Of a stretch of 64,000 bases of DNA, positions 13,247 to 25,881 are shown in pieces. Origin of the DNA: Eledone cirrhosa (Eukaryota); NCBI GenBank assembly GCA_964016885.1, contig OZ024742.1:325314001-325378000 (forward strand), given 5' to 3'. The stretch's first letter is position 1. The number at the start of each line of letters is the position of its first letter. The notes under the pieces are model-generated. The model made no database searches. It was not told the origin of the DNA and worked only from the letters and a program-made list of their open reading frames with translations. The translations under genes and the position numbers were made by a program.

Positions 13247-14368
13247 AATTCCATATATGGTAAAAGTGATTGTCAAAAATCAGTAGTAATTCTGTGGCTG
13301 CAAATTAGTAGGGGAGATGGTGGCTAAACCTGCCAGTAGGAGAAAGAGGGGAGGGGTGGAGTAGACCCAATCAGGCGTTTGTAGTGCCAGCTACAGCTGG
13401 GCATGAGGTCAAAGAAGATACAGGGGAGGGGGAGAGGGAGGAAGTCGGAACGGTAGGTAGAACAATGGGGGGTAGAAATATATAGGAAAGAAAAAATACT
13501 GAGAGTGAAGAAAACAAATAAGTGTAAAGTAAAACAAATGAGTGTAAAGAAAAAAGTAAAGTAAATTAAATTCTACGACCTAGGTCTCTATCTATTGTTA
13601 GGCTAGAATAAATAAATAAATAAAGAAAGAAAGAAGTAAAGAAAGAAATAAAGAAATAACGAAATAAGTAAAAGAACTAGGTGGGACGGATTAGGCGAGG
13701 ACCCTTTTAAGAGGTATAAGTACGTAAATGATACGGTGACGGGTCAACAAAAGGGGCCAAAATACTAAAGAGACTACCACGAAATAAACAATAAAGGTTT
13801 CCATCCCGGCACAATTCCAGCAACCACCCAGTGCAGCAAAGTGAACTAATACGAGATAATAATTCTGAGTCCCGAGAAAAATATATACTAATGCTAACTC
13901 TAAAAGATGTAAAACAAGCTACATGAAAGTTCGTACGAAGTAAAGGTAGAATACGGAAAAATAAATTCAGAATCCAACCCGCCCAAAAGAAAAGCGAAGA
14001 AAGAAATACTGAAACGAAAAAGTAAGGCATAAGTGCCACTAAGAAATATAGATGGCACAGAGAATAGTGGGAGAGGTCGGAAAAAGGGGACAAGTATCCG
14101 GGGTCTAAACCAACTGCTATAAAGGGCGGAGTCCGCCAAATCTATCCTAGACTAGGGGAGGGGGTGGGGGTACTAAGGCTACAAGGGGCCAAAGGGCAGC
14201 CTCGGGTGGGCGAGAAAAGACGCCGACAAAGGAGAAGAGCTGGGGTAGAAGGACTAAGGAGAGAGGGGGGAAGGAAGGAAATAAAGGAAGCGATAAAAGA
14301 ATACAAAGAAGATCTTACGTCTCCTTGGCAAGCAGGGGTTACCCATTGCAAAATCGGCAAGTGGGGTG

Positions 14369-16030
14369 TTATAGCCCTAGTCTACCCCCCCCCGGGTCAT
14401 TATGAGGTTTGAGGCCGAGATAAGTCCTACGCAATCTATGTTTACATGCAGTAACCAGTTCATCTTTCTTGTTTAGGAGTTGGTCCGTCGAAAACAGCAT
14501 TTGTAAAGTTTCCTCCGAGCATAAATTGCACGGACGGCGTCCCCCCGTGTAAGAATTGGCTCTGGACAGTAATCTCCAAGTGAGATAATAGGTGATGTTG
14601 TTGTCCTTGAGGTCCCATATGTGGCCCGAAAGTGTAGTGGCGAGACGCCGGGCCGGGTTTCGGAAGGTATGTCTATGTTGGTATAGCCGGGTCTTGAAGT
14701 CACATGCGGTAAGTCCTATATAGGCTTTGTTGGAGGTATCCGTCCTCACGTTGCACTGGTAGATCACATTACGGTCTCTGCATCTATTGTCGAGTGGGCA
14801 AATAGATCTATCCGGGCAGTTACACCTCCTGGTCGGTTCTCCACTGCTATTTAGGTTATTTCTGCCATCGGGGTTGAGTTTTTTGTTGTTAGAGGAGACG
14901 ATGTTTTGTGCGAAGTTTGGTGTAGTGCTGTAAGAGAGTTTGATGGTATTTTTGTTAATTATGTTGTGGTAGCGGTGTTGTAATGGGAAGTGTTTTTCAA
15001 TGAGCCTAAAGAATAGTTTCCCGATGGGAGTTGTCACCTCTGCGTTGTGGGGAGGATTGAACCATGTTACATTGCGTGAGCGGCGGTGTCTCCTGCTGGT
15101 TCCGCTAATGGGAGCTGGACAGTAGGATATTTCCTCCCGGAAACCACTCCGCTTGAGGGCCTGGTTGTAATAAGGCGCATGTTCATCGAATATCCGCTCA
15201 TTAGCTGACAAACGGGATATGCGGAGGGAGATGTTTTTGACCAGGTTGTTTGTGATGTTCCTAGGATGGTTTGATCGGCGGTGGATGTAGTGCAGATTGT
15301 CATTAGGTTTCCTGTATGGGTAGTACAGGTCGTTTTCGAGGTCGAGGGTCACGTCCAGGAAGTTTACTCTGGTCAGGGACGTTTGTAGGGTTATTTTAAA
15401 TCCCCAGTCGCGGAAGAATCTGATTAATTGTTTCCGGACCCGATCTGTACTACTGGGGTTGTACCCTTTAAGGGTAAGGAGCCCATCATCACGGCACAAT
15501 CCACCACCGAATGCAGGAAACATATCAGTGAGTTTGGCTATTAGGAATAATCCTATAAGATCTGTGACCTCCGCCGAATCCGTGGCGCCCATGCTGACGT
15601 CGAAGGGTGAGTCGGGAGCTCTTTTTATCCATTTAGAGTCGTCAAAGAGTAAGACTGTCTTCCTGGCGTGGAGGATGATTTTTCTTTCCTGGTCGGTGAT
15701 GGGCACAAGTGTTTCGGCGAAGTCCAAGGCGGCAGTAAGTAGCGGTAAGGTGATTGAAGCATAGTAGCTCTCTATGTCGAACTGTATGAATTTAGTTTCT
15801 CGTTTATCCTCCATATTGCTGAACCAGGAGATTACTTCCTGGGTGTTGATCCATAGGCTAAGTCGGGTGTGTTGCTTGACTTTTGGTATCACGCGGTCTA
15901 GGATTTTTTTGCTGATTCTCCCTATGTCGGACTTCGTTGGGTTAATAAGCCTGATAGAGGGTTTACGGTCAAAATCGGATTTATGGTCCTTCAGTGTGAA
16001 GTATGGTGTCCGTGGGTTCTAGATGTTCTA
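14369..16030 (-). CDS. Penelope/Naiad RT + GIY-YIG endonuclease (5'-truncated; YRDD mutated to CRDD)
   Basis: FDIESYY, SMGATDS, LCRDD, FLDVTLD, WFNPP, CNC..CPL, VIYQ..AYIG. Confidence 0.85.
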
Positions 16031-17632
16031 GATTTTGACCGTAAACCCTCTATCAGGCTTATTAACCCAACGAAGACCGACATAGGGAGAATCAGCAAAA
16101 AAATCCTAGACCGCGTGATACCAAAAGTCAAGCAACACACCCGACTTAGCCTATGGATCAACACCCAGGAAGTAATCTCCTGGTTCAGCAATATGGAGGA
16201 TAAACGAGAAACTAAATTCATACAGTTCGACATAGAGAGCTACTATGCTTCAATCACCTTACCGCTACTTACTGCCGCCTTGGACTTCGCCGAAACACTT
16301 GTGCCCATCACCGACCAGGAAAGGAAAATCATCCTCCACGCCAGGAAGACAGTCTTACTCTTTGACGACTCTAAATGGATAAAAAGAGCTCCCGACTCAC
16401 CCTTCGACGTCAGCATGGGCGCCACGGATTCGGCGGAGGTCACAGATCTTATAGGATTATTCCTAATAGCCAAAGTCACTGATATGTTTCCTGCATTCGG
16501 TGGTGGATTGTACCGTGATGATGGGCTCCTTACCCTTAAAGGGTACAACCCCAGTAGTACAGATCGGGTCCGGAAACAATTAATCAGATTCTTCCGCGAC
16601 TGGGGATTTAAAATAACCCTACAAACGTCCCTGACCAGAGTAAACTTCCTGGACGTGACCCTCGACCTCGAAAACGACCTGTACTACCCATACAGGAAAC
16701 CTAATGACAATCTGCACTACATCCACCGCCGATCAAACCATCCTAGGAACATCACAAACAACCTGGTCAAAAACATCTCCCTCCGCATATCCCGTTTGTC
16801 AGCTAATGAGCTGATATTCGATGAACATGCGCCTTATTACAACCAGGCCCTCAAGCGGAGTGGTTTCCGGGAGGAAATATCCTACTGTCCAGCTCCCATT
16901 AGCGGAACCAGCAGGAGACACCGCCGCTCACGCAATGTAACATGGTTCAATCCTCCCCACAACGCAGAGGTGACAACTCCCATCGGGAAACTATTCTTTA
17001 GGCTCATTGAAAAACACTTCCCATTACAACACCGCTACCACAACATAATTAACAAAAATACCATCAAACTCTCTTACAGCACTACACCAAACTTCGCACA
17101 AAACATCGTCTCCTCTAACAACAAAAAACTCAACCCCGATGGCAGAAATAACCTAAATAGCAGTGGAGAACCGACCAGGAGGTGTAACTGCCCGGATAGA
17201 TCTATTTGCCCACTCGACAATAGATGCAGAGACCGTAATGTGATCTACCAGTGCAACGTGAGGACGGATACCTCCAACAAAGCCTATATAGGACTTACCG
17301 CATGTGACTTCAAGACCCGGCTATACCAACATAGACATACCTTCCGAAACCCGGCCCGGCGTCACGCCACTACACTTTCGGGCCACATATGGGACCTCAA
17401 GGACAACAACATCACCTATTATCTCACTTGGAGATTACTGTCCAGAGCCAATTCTTACACGGGAGGACGCCGTCCGTGCAATTTATGCTCGGAGGAAACT
17501 TTACAAATGCTGTTTTCGACGGACCAACTCCTAAACAAGAAAGATGAACTGGTTACTGCATGTAAACATAGATTGCGTAGGACTTATCTCGCCCTCAAAC
17601 CCCATAATGACCCGGGGGGGGGGGGGGGGTAG
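16031..17632 (+). CDS. Penelope/Naiad RT + GIY-YIG endonuclease (5'-truncated)
   Basis: RLINPTK, FDIESYY, LYRDD, FLDVTLD, WFNPP, VIYQC...AYIGLT...RLYQH, CNLCSEE. The annotated N-terminus 15983-16030 is read-through of the antisense spacer. Confidence 0.9.
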   Translation, partial: DFDRKPSIRLINPTKTDIGRISKKILDRVIPKVKQHTRLSLWINTQEVISWFSNMEDKRETKFIQFDIESYYASITLPLLTAALDFAETLVPITDQERKIILHARKTVLLFDDSKWIKRAPDSPFDVSMGATDSAEVTDLIGLFLIAKVTDMFPAFGGGLYRDDGLLTLKGYNPSSTDRVRKQLIRFFRDWGFKITLQTSLTRVNFLDVTLDLENDLYYPYRKPNDNLHYIHRRSNHPRNITNNLVKNISLRISRLSANELIFDEHAPYYNQALKRSGFREEISYCPAPISGTSRRHRRSRNVTWFNPPHNAEVTTPIGKLFFRLIEKHFPLQHRYHNIINKNTIKLSYSTTPNFAQNIVSSNNKKLNPDGRNNLNSSGEPTRRCNCPDRSICPLDNRCRDRNVIYQCNVRTDTSNKAYIGLTACDFKTRLYQHRHTFRNPARRHATTLSGHIWDLKDNNITYYLTWRLLSRANSYTGGRRPCNLCSEETLQMLFSTDQLLNKKDELVTACKHRLRRTYLALKPHNDPGGGGG

Positions 17633-18771
17633 ACTAGGGCTATAACACCCCACTTGCCGATTTTGCAATGGGTAACCCCTGCTTGCCAAGGGAAACGTAA
17701 GATCTTCTTTGTATTCTTTTATCGCTTCCTTTATTTCCTTCCTTCCCCCCTCTCTCCTTAGTCCTTCTACCCCAGCTCTTCTCCTTTGTCGGCGTCTTTT
17801 CTCGCCCACCCGAGGCTGCCCTTTGGCCCCTTGTAGCCTTAGTACCCCCACCCCCTCCCCTAGTCTAGGATAGATTTGGCGGACTCCGCCCTTTATAGCA
17901 GTTGGTTTAGACCCCGGATACTTGTCCCCTTTTTCCGACCGCTCCCACTATTCTCTGTGCCATCTATATTTCTTAGTGGCACTTATGCCTTATTTTTTCG
18001 TTTCAGTATTTCTTTCTTCGAATTTCTTTTGGGCGGGGTGGATTCTGAATTTATTTTTCCGTATTCTACCTTTACTTCGTACGAACTTTCATGTAGCTTG
18101 TTTTAGATCTTTTAGAGTTAGCATTAGTATATATTTTTCTCGGGACTCAGAATTATTATCTCGTATTAGTTCACTTTGCTGCACTGGGTGGTTGCTGGAA
18201 TTGTGCCCGGGATGGAAACCTTTATTGTTTATTTCGTGGTAGTCTCTTTAGTATTTTGGCCCCTTTTGTTGACCCGTCACCGTATCATTTACGTACTTAT
18301 ACCTCTTAAAAGGGTCCTCGCCTAATCCGTCCCACCTAGTTCTTTTACTTATTTCGTTATTTCTTTATTTCTTTCTTTACTTCTTTCTTTCTTTATTTAT
18401 TTATTTATTCTAGCCTAACAATAGCTAGAGACCTAGGTCGTAGAATTTAATTTACTTTACTTTTTTCTTTACACTCATTTGTTTTTCTTTACACTTATTT
18501 GCTTTTCTTCACTCTCAGTATTTTTTCTTTCCTATATATTTCTACCCCCCATTGTTCTACCTACCGTTCCGACTTCCTCCCCCTCCCCCTCCCCTGTATC
18601 TTCTTTGACCTCATGCCCAGCTGTAGCTGGCACTACAAACGCCTGATTGGGTCTACTCCACCCCCTCCCCTCTTTCTCCTACTGGCAGGTTTAGCCACCA
18701 TCTCCCCTACTAATTTGCGACCACAGAATTACTACTGATTTTTGACAATCACTTTGACCATATATGGAATT

Positions 18772-18865
18772 ACCCCTTGAGAAGATCGGCTATTTAAATA
18801 CCAGGATAAATTTTCATTTAGTCCAGAATTAGCCGTCGAAACGGCTTGAGCTCAGCTGTCGGGGT
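18772..18865 (+). ncRNA. Type I hammerhead ribozyme, U3-A8 core variant; predicted cleavage after C18860
   Basis: Stem I acccc/ggggt; core TTGAGAA; stem II ga(t)cggcta/tagccgtc; GAAA; stem III acggct/agctgt around tgagctc; GTC triplet. Confidence 0.78.
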
Positions 18866-18956
18866 CTTACTGGTTCCTATTACCCACTCTACTACCTCAA
18901 GTATTAAGTACTTTGGTGCGTTATGGTCCACCTGGTTCCTTACCACATTTCCTTCG

Positions 18957-19024
<68 letters not shown>

Positions 19025-19712
19025 ATGTGTATATATATGTATATATATATATGTATAAGTATATATATATATATATATTATTTTTATATTCTTTTAATTT
19101 CCCCTCATCTCTAACAGCACTTTTCAACTGCATCTAACTCTTATTTATCATATCTATATGTATTAGTATAATTTTATCAATATAAATATACCCATCAAAT
19201 AAATTAATTTATATTCTTTCCTTAGATGTATTTTTTTCACTAACATTCTTATCTTAAAACTTTAGTCACCTTAGATATTTGTACTGGCATTACTATTTTA
19301 TAACAGCAACTGCTTGTATACCTTTTATTGACCACCTGACCTATTTTCACCCCTAAAATAAGCTCCAATTACTACTATTTTACCATTTGGCTAATTATTA
19401 ACTTTCTATTGGTTAATTCTAAACCTCTTACCAAACAGACAGAATATATTAGATCTTTGTTGGTTTTATTCAATGAACAAATTAAATTATTTCTGAGGTC
19501 AGCTTAAGACCTATTTCTTCCCTAAAATAATCCTTCATTCATAATATTCTTTTCCATCCAAAACTGAAATCTACCTTCCTCTACCCATAATTTAAGGTTC
19601 TTCTACTACTATATTACTATCCTGACCCTCACTATCTCTTTATTGGTCAATTCAAAACCTGTTCCCAAACAGACCTATTGTATTGAATCTTTGTTTTTTT
19701 CAATAAACAAAT

Positions 19713-19856
19713 ATCATTATTTCTGAAGACAGCATATATATGTGTAGGTATGTATATTCCCTCTGATAGTTTGTATAAATATTGTATATAGATCTATAGA
19801 ATATGCATACCAACTCTAACACATATATATCCTAGAAACGATCGTAAAATGATGAT
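19713..19856 (+). ncRNA. Hammerhead motif with a ~105-nt stem II
   Basis: Stem I atcattattt/aaatgatgat (10 bp); CTGAAGA at 19723-19729; stem II atatatatgtgt/acacatatatat and ggtatgtatattc/gaatatgcatacc; GAAA at 19835; AC-GATC-GT-A. Confidence 0.65.
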
Positions 19857-20809
19857 TTTTTTTAATATAAGGAACTGTTTCTTTGTTTATTCATTTTTTT
19901 ATTAATTTATATATATATATATGCATGTGTGTGTGTATGTGTGTGTGTGTGTGTATATACAGCTGAAATATTGTTCTACTGATGCCTCATGTAGTAGTGG
20001 GATTTTAGATATGAAATGTCAGTAAATGTTGGCAGACAACAACATTTCACAATGTTGTTGTTAATACTGACAATCATGCGCCTGTTGCGTTAGTATAAAT
20101 ATTCATTTGACATGTTCAACGGAGTAACAAAAAATACCACTGGCTAATTTACATGTGGTGGTGAGGGAAATACTCGAATCTGTGTTCTAGTATGTGTAAT
20201 ACTATTGGTATTATATCAGTGTTTCCGAACAAGAAATAATTGCTTTTGCATATACACCTCTGTAGGACATTATTATACGTATCCATTGAAACTGAAATAA
20301 CATCTAATATGGTAGCATTCATGGTTTTATTAACAATCCATTTACCTGGATGAAATTCATTTGCGAAGCCACTGCAGAAGCCGAGGTGTTACCTCAGTTT
20401 TATTTGCAGGAACACAATATTCATTTCACAGTATTGCGGCATGCGAAAAAAAGCAATGGTATAAAACCAGAAGAAGATAAAGCGGAGGAGTTGCCTGCTA
20501 GTTTGGGAGTAGCATGATATATGAATGAAACTGGGTGTATGAAAACTAGTGGGAATCCCGTCAGTTTCACTCTCCCTCTAGTTCAATGGCCTGCCTTGTC
20601 ATACACTGTGGCACGTTGAATCTCTCCGAGAATTACATTATGGGTAAGCGTGTCTGTGGAGTGCTCAGTTATTTGAGCGTTAATTTCACGAGCAGGCTGT
20701 TCCGTAGTTCGAACAATTGACCTACGTAACATCGACGCCGATGAAGATATATTCCGTGTCATAGTTTCTATGTACAAACTGAACAAGGTGGCACACCTGT
20801 GGCTTTGTA

Positions 20810-20947
20810 TGCTGTGAAGTCAAATTCAGCTGTGGTCAACTTTACCATTCACCATTACAGCGACGATAAAATAAAGGATCATTACTGGTTTCGATGTAAC
20901 TAAGTCTCCTTTCCCCAAATTTCTGGCCTTGTGCTTATTGACAGAAG
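20810..20947 (+). mobile_element. Decayed tRNA-SINE (27471 family)
   Basis: gtcaactttaccattcaccattacagcgacgataaaataaa...ctggccttgtgc. Confidence 0.55.
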
Positions 20948-22293
20948 TATTTTCTGTATGTGTTTTGAGTTAATAGTTTGGAGATACGTTCATTATTATA
21001 TATCGTAATTATCTGAGGAGAATTCATGAAGCCTTACGCTATCCTGATGCGACTAATACTTTAGGACAACCAGTACATATAATAAATCCTACTATTTATG
21101 TTAAGTTTGCTCTGAAATAAGAACACTCGGTAGTATAAACAGATTATAGAATGCTGAATCTTTATATTATGTATATATTTATATTTTTATTTCTTTTGTA
21201 CATTGTTATGTTTTTATCTTTAAGTATTTTCTCCCTGTGTTTACTTTGAATGTGAAATCATTTTGTCATCTAAATCTTGCCGGTAATGCTCTACATATTT
21301 TGTTCAAGCTACATTACTTTCAATGTTCAATAAATATGTTTAATTATTTTTTATTTAGTGTATGTATTTGTAATATATTAGTTCATTCCACTTATTTATG
21401 CGTGACTCTAAATCCTTATCCTTCTGCATGTAGCATGTATTCGTGTATTACATCCTATTTACGTTTATCTGCATTTTAGAACATCTCATTTACTTTATCT
21501 AATACGACAATTTCTTCCATGATAATCCATGCATAATATATCTTTCAAATAATCGCTACATTATTTTTTTCTTTATTCTGAGGATATTAACTTCAATCTT
21601 CGATCCAATGATTGCCATTGCTCATGTACCTCACCACATATCAATATTTGGTTAAATAGTCGCTGCTCAGTGTTATTTTAAATGTAAATGGATGTTGTAA
21701 TCTACGCTTTGTAAAACTTCATCAATCAATATATTTATTTTTCGTAAGGCCTGTTTCACTATATACGTTTTCATGTACCTGATTAGTTCGCTAGGAAATT
21801 TCTGGACTAAATATAATAGTCAGTTTGCAATTTATTAGTGTTCGTCTCCAGAATGACTCCGGGTTAAATGTAGCATTGTGATTGATAAAAATGTGGATGG
21901 TAGTATCAAGGAACCACGCACCCGATCCAAATACGAATGGAGAGGCCTTATCAAATTCTCTTCTAGTAATGGGCTCTCCATTACGAACACCTTCTTCCAG
22001 CAAAGAGACATCATAATTATACATGGTTTAAGCGGAATCAGAGACAACAATTGATTCTTTTATTGACTCTGATCTCTTTGATTCTGTGGTGGATGTCCGT
22101 CTTAATATATGGGCTGAGCTATCAAATAATCAACATCTAATTATCTGGAACTAGGTATTGAAACGGCAAACGGCAAGAGCTCGGCCGTCGGGGCCCCGAC
22201 TCTTTCATATAACCATACTTTACTACACCAAGTACCGAGTAATCTGGGTGGTGAGCAATAGTCTAACCAGTTTTTTACTATATCCATCTTGAG

Positions 22294-22360
<67 letters not shown>

Positions 22361-22378
22361 TATGTATATATATTAACA

Positions 22379-22416
<38 letters not shown>

Positions 22417-22446
22417 CATATATATATACATATATAGACATACATA

Positions 22447-22486
<40 letters not shown>

Positions 22487-22499
22487 CACAAACACACAC

Positions 22500-22550
<51 letters not shown>

Positions 22551-22634
22551 AAGGGTAAACAGAAATAAGAACATAATCGGTACAGTATATGGAAGGAATA
22601 TATTAGATTAACGCTTGATATAGTAGGAAGAGGG

Positions 22635-22670
22635 TCTTAACGTTTCGGACGCTAGTCCTTCATCAGAAGA
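22635..22670 (-). ncRNA. Minimal hammerhead ribozyme (Penelope type, no helix III)
   Basis: Minus strand reads tctt-CTGATGA-a-ggac-tagc-gtcc-GAAA-cg-TT-aaga, with palindromic aacgtt in place of helix III. Confidence 0.75.
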
Positions 22671-23246
22671 AAGAATGAGAAATAAAATAGATTGAGGGGA
22701 CGGGCGAGTTGGAATTGGAAAAAATGTCTTTAGATAAAAATAACAGGTCCATTCATGTTGACATCTCTTGCAATATATATATATATATATATATATATAT
22801 CGTTATACTTGAGGAGGGTCATATTGTTGTAATAATATTTCCAGAAATAATAACAGAACACACTCACTCTTTGGTTGGTCTTCGCTGCTGTATCTTTCAT
22901 ATCGCCATAGTTAATTTATTTGGCAATCAATGTTTATCATTGATTGACCAGCGGTTATAAATACGGATATAAATATATATAGTCTATCAAAGTTCTTTCG
23001 TTGCACACCTGCAACATCATCAGTGGTACTATTATGTTTCCTCCTATTGTATTGTATTGTATGTCTACGCTAGTTTTAGTTTTATTTATTTCTTTATTTC
23101 TTCTTGTCTCTGTCTCTGCGCATGCGTTTGCGTGTGTGTGTATAATGTTCGGTGTGTGTGTTCGCGTATGGGTGTATGTGTTTTTATTTTTGTATTCTAG
23201 CTTTGTTCCCTAGTTTTTGTTTATATGTGGTTGTTGTCATTGTACT

Positions 23247-23297
<51 letters not shown>

Positions 23298-23299
<2 letters not shown>

Positions 23300-24102
23300 T
23301 CAGCCGTTAATATACATAGGGAAAGTATATACTTTCAGACGTTTAACCATCTGGCAGGAAGATATACGATGCTGACGATAGCTAATAAGCTTGAAACTAG
23401 TACATCGTTCCTGTGTCAGTGTTGAGCAAAAAGGTGACGTGGTTGCCTAAACACTGTACGGCGTAATTCGGGCTGTTTGTTTGTTTAGAAACAAACAAAC
23501 CGAGCATTATAATAAATGTTCGGTAAACCGATACGTGCATGTGTGTATATATATACATACTACTGTACGTCTTTATACATATATGTATGTACGTATACAT
23601 ACATACTTGCATTTAAGTAAGTGCCGCACTAAGAGTGAGAAATGAAATTTCGTTTCATTCTATTCCATTTATCGTTTTCGGTGTGCACGGCCGACTGAAC
23701 TCACTCGATATGCAAATTAGGCTGCTCAGCTGTTAATATGCATAAGGAAAGTATATACTTTCAGACGTTCAACCATCTGGCAGGAAGGTATACGATGCTG
23801 ACGTTAGCTAATCAGCTTGAAACTAGTACATCGTTCCTGTGTCAGAGTTGAGTAAAAAGGTGACGTGGTTCCCTAAACACTGTACGGCGTCATTCGGGCT
23901 GTTTGTTTGTTTACAAACAAACAAACTGAGCATTATAATAAATGTTCGGTTAACCGATACGTGCATGTATATATGTGTGTATATATATACACACTACTGT
24001 ACGTCTGTATACATATATGTATGTACGTATACATACATACATACTTACATTTAAGTAAGTGCCGCACTAAGAGTGAGAAATGAAATTTCGTTTCATTCTA
24101 TT

Positions 24103-24105
<3 letters not shown>
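23298..24105 (+). mobile_element. HHR-bearing non-coding tandem repeat (426-bp unit, ~1.9 copies); retrozyme-like or PLE pLTR-like
   Basis: The unit starts at 23298 and again at 23724. HHRs at 23367-23407 and 23793-23833. Flanked by (TA)n. Confidence 0.8.
23367..23407 (+). ncRNA. Minimal hammerhead ribozyme; predicted cleavage after A23402
   Basis: cgatg-CTGACGA-t-agct-aata-agct-t-GAAA-ctag-TA-catcg. Confidence 0.78.
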
Positions 24106-24162
<57 letters not shown>

Positions 24163-24689
24163 TTCCCTTATGTCAGTATTGTTTGTTTGGGTATGGTTGT
24201 TGTTGTTATTCCATTCGGTCTTTCTGATCAGCTTCGGTCTTTTAGTTGCTTCTCTGATTTGTCTACCTGTTGAGTCATTTCTATGTTTAGATATTAATTT
24301 AATTTCTATGTTGTCTATATTACCATCATGTCTTTGTCTGGCGTGTTCGTATAGTACTGAACCGTTTTGTTGTTGTTGTTTTATGTCCCTTTAGTTTCCC
24401 CCAGTTTTGGCCTATTCTTTCTCCTATATAAAATATAGTATTTATAAACAATAGCAACAATAACAATAATGACAACAATAGTAATCGAGGAAAAATATGA
24501 AGCAGAATATAGCGAAAATAATACAAAGAGATTAGAGAAGAGATGAAAGAAACCGAAGCATATGGTTGTACAGATGCACAATCTAAACCTCATTAGGTTT
24601 AGTAGGAATATTTATGTGTTGAATGTATTAATTGTAATATATTAATATATATATATATATATATTAATATATTACAATTAATACACAGG

Positions 24690-24744
<55 letters not shown>

Positions 24745-24779
24745 TTATATATATATATATAAATATATATATAAGTATA

Positions 24780-25152
24780 TATATATAAGTATGTATACGT
24801 ACATATATATATGTATACAGACATACAGTAGTATGTATATATATATATACATACATGCACACATATATATATACGTGTGGATTTACCGAATATTTATTGT
24901 AATGCTCGGCTTGTTTGTAAACAAACATACCGAATTAAGCCGTACAGTGTTTAGCAACGAACGTTGCCCTTTTGTTCAACACTGACAAAGTAACGATGTA
25001 CAAGTTTCAAGCTTATTAGCTATCGTAAGCACAGTATACCTTCCTGCCAGATGATTGAACGTCTGAACGTATATACATTCTCTATGCATATTAACGGCTG
25101 AGCAGCCTAATTTGTATATCGAGTGAGTTCATCGACCGGGCGCACCGAAACG
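24780..25152 (-). mobile_element. Inverted copy of the 426-bp HHR unit (HHR at 24994-25034 decayed)
   Basis: Reverse-complement match to 23680-24050. Confidence 0.75.
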
Positions 25153-25256
25153 TATATATATATATATGTAGGAGGTGAGTTTTATTGTAGTACAATAAAG
25201 CAATGCAGATATCGGAGGAGTAGCACTCTACAGTTTGTAGGACTGTAGTTTAAATA

Positions 25257-25630
25257 ATAATATATAAGATCAAAAGATGGTTAAAAGAGTTCCATGTATT
25301 TTATTATGCGCATTTCAAAAACAAATATCATCATCATGGAATAACATTTGCGTTTTCGTCAGATAAAATAGGGAGACATGATATGAAGGTTAAAACACAC
25401 TTGTGAATAGTGCAGTTTTAAATCAACATGATTTATTAAATTGCATGATGATATTTGTTTTTGAAGTTGATTTAAAACTGCACTATTCACAAGTGTGTTT
25501 TAACCTTCATATCATGTCTCCCTATTTCATCTGACGTAAACGCAAATGTTATTGCATGATGATATTTGTTTATGAAATGCGTATAATAAAATACATACTC
25601 TTCTTTTAACCATCTTTTGATCTTATATGT

Positions 25631-25636
<6 letters not shown>
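25257..25636. repeat. ~380-bp fold-back palindrome with an HHR in each arm
   Basis: Arms 25257-25427 and 25466-25636. The spacer contains an extra copy of a stem II fragment (25441-25465). Confidence 0.88.
25299..25368 (-). ncRNA. Type I hammerhead ribozyme
   Basis: Minus strand reads ttttat-CTGACGA-aaacgcaaatgttat...atgatatttgttttt-GAAA-tgcgca-TA-ataaaa. Confidence 0.75.
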
Positions 25637-25711
<75 letters not shown>

Positions 25712-25881
25712 TTCGTTGAGAAATATATCAATATACCCAGACACGCAGCTATATTGCCCTTGGTATGACAGTGTGGTTTTAGCTCAATGTAGGATAACTA
25801 GTATAGTACAGAGCCGTTATAGTTATAGGAATAACCAGAAAGTGCTTAGAGATACATTGTTTTATTAGCTAACAGTGTTTC

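Larger units (their letters stand above)
13141..18958. mobile_element. Naiad-type Penelope-like retroelement, 5'-truncated, present as a head-to-head fold-back of ~5.7 kb plus a tail
   Basis: 13141-15976 is the reverse complement of 16031-18877. The minus-strand arm extends through the spacer (PYFTLKDHKSDF, a Naiad-like motif). The 18880-18958 tail is present only on the right. (TA)n on both sides. Confidence 0.92.

Noticed and set aside
15459-16548. Antisense ORFs within the Naiad and Tx1 elements (e.g. 15459-15764, 43468-43977, 49455-49964)
   Set aside because: They are shadow frames of GC-richer coding sequence and recur only because the elements are duplicated.
17170-17900. Selenoprotein-type Naiad (UGA-Sec plus SECIS)
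   Set aside because: The visible ORF has no in-frame TGA (its Cys codons are TGT/TGC), and I could not identify a SECIS.
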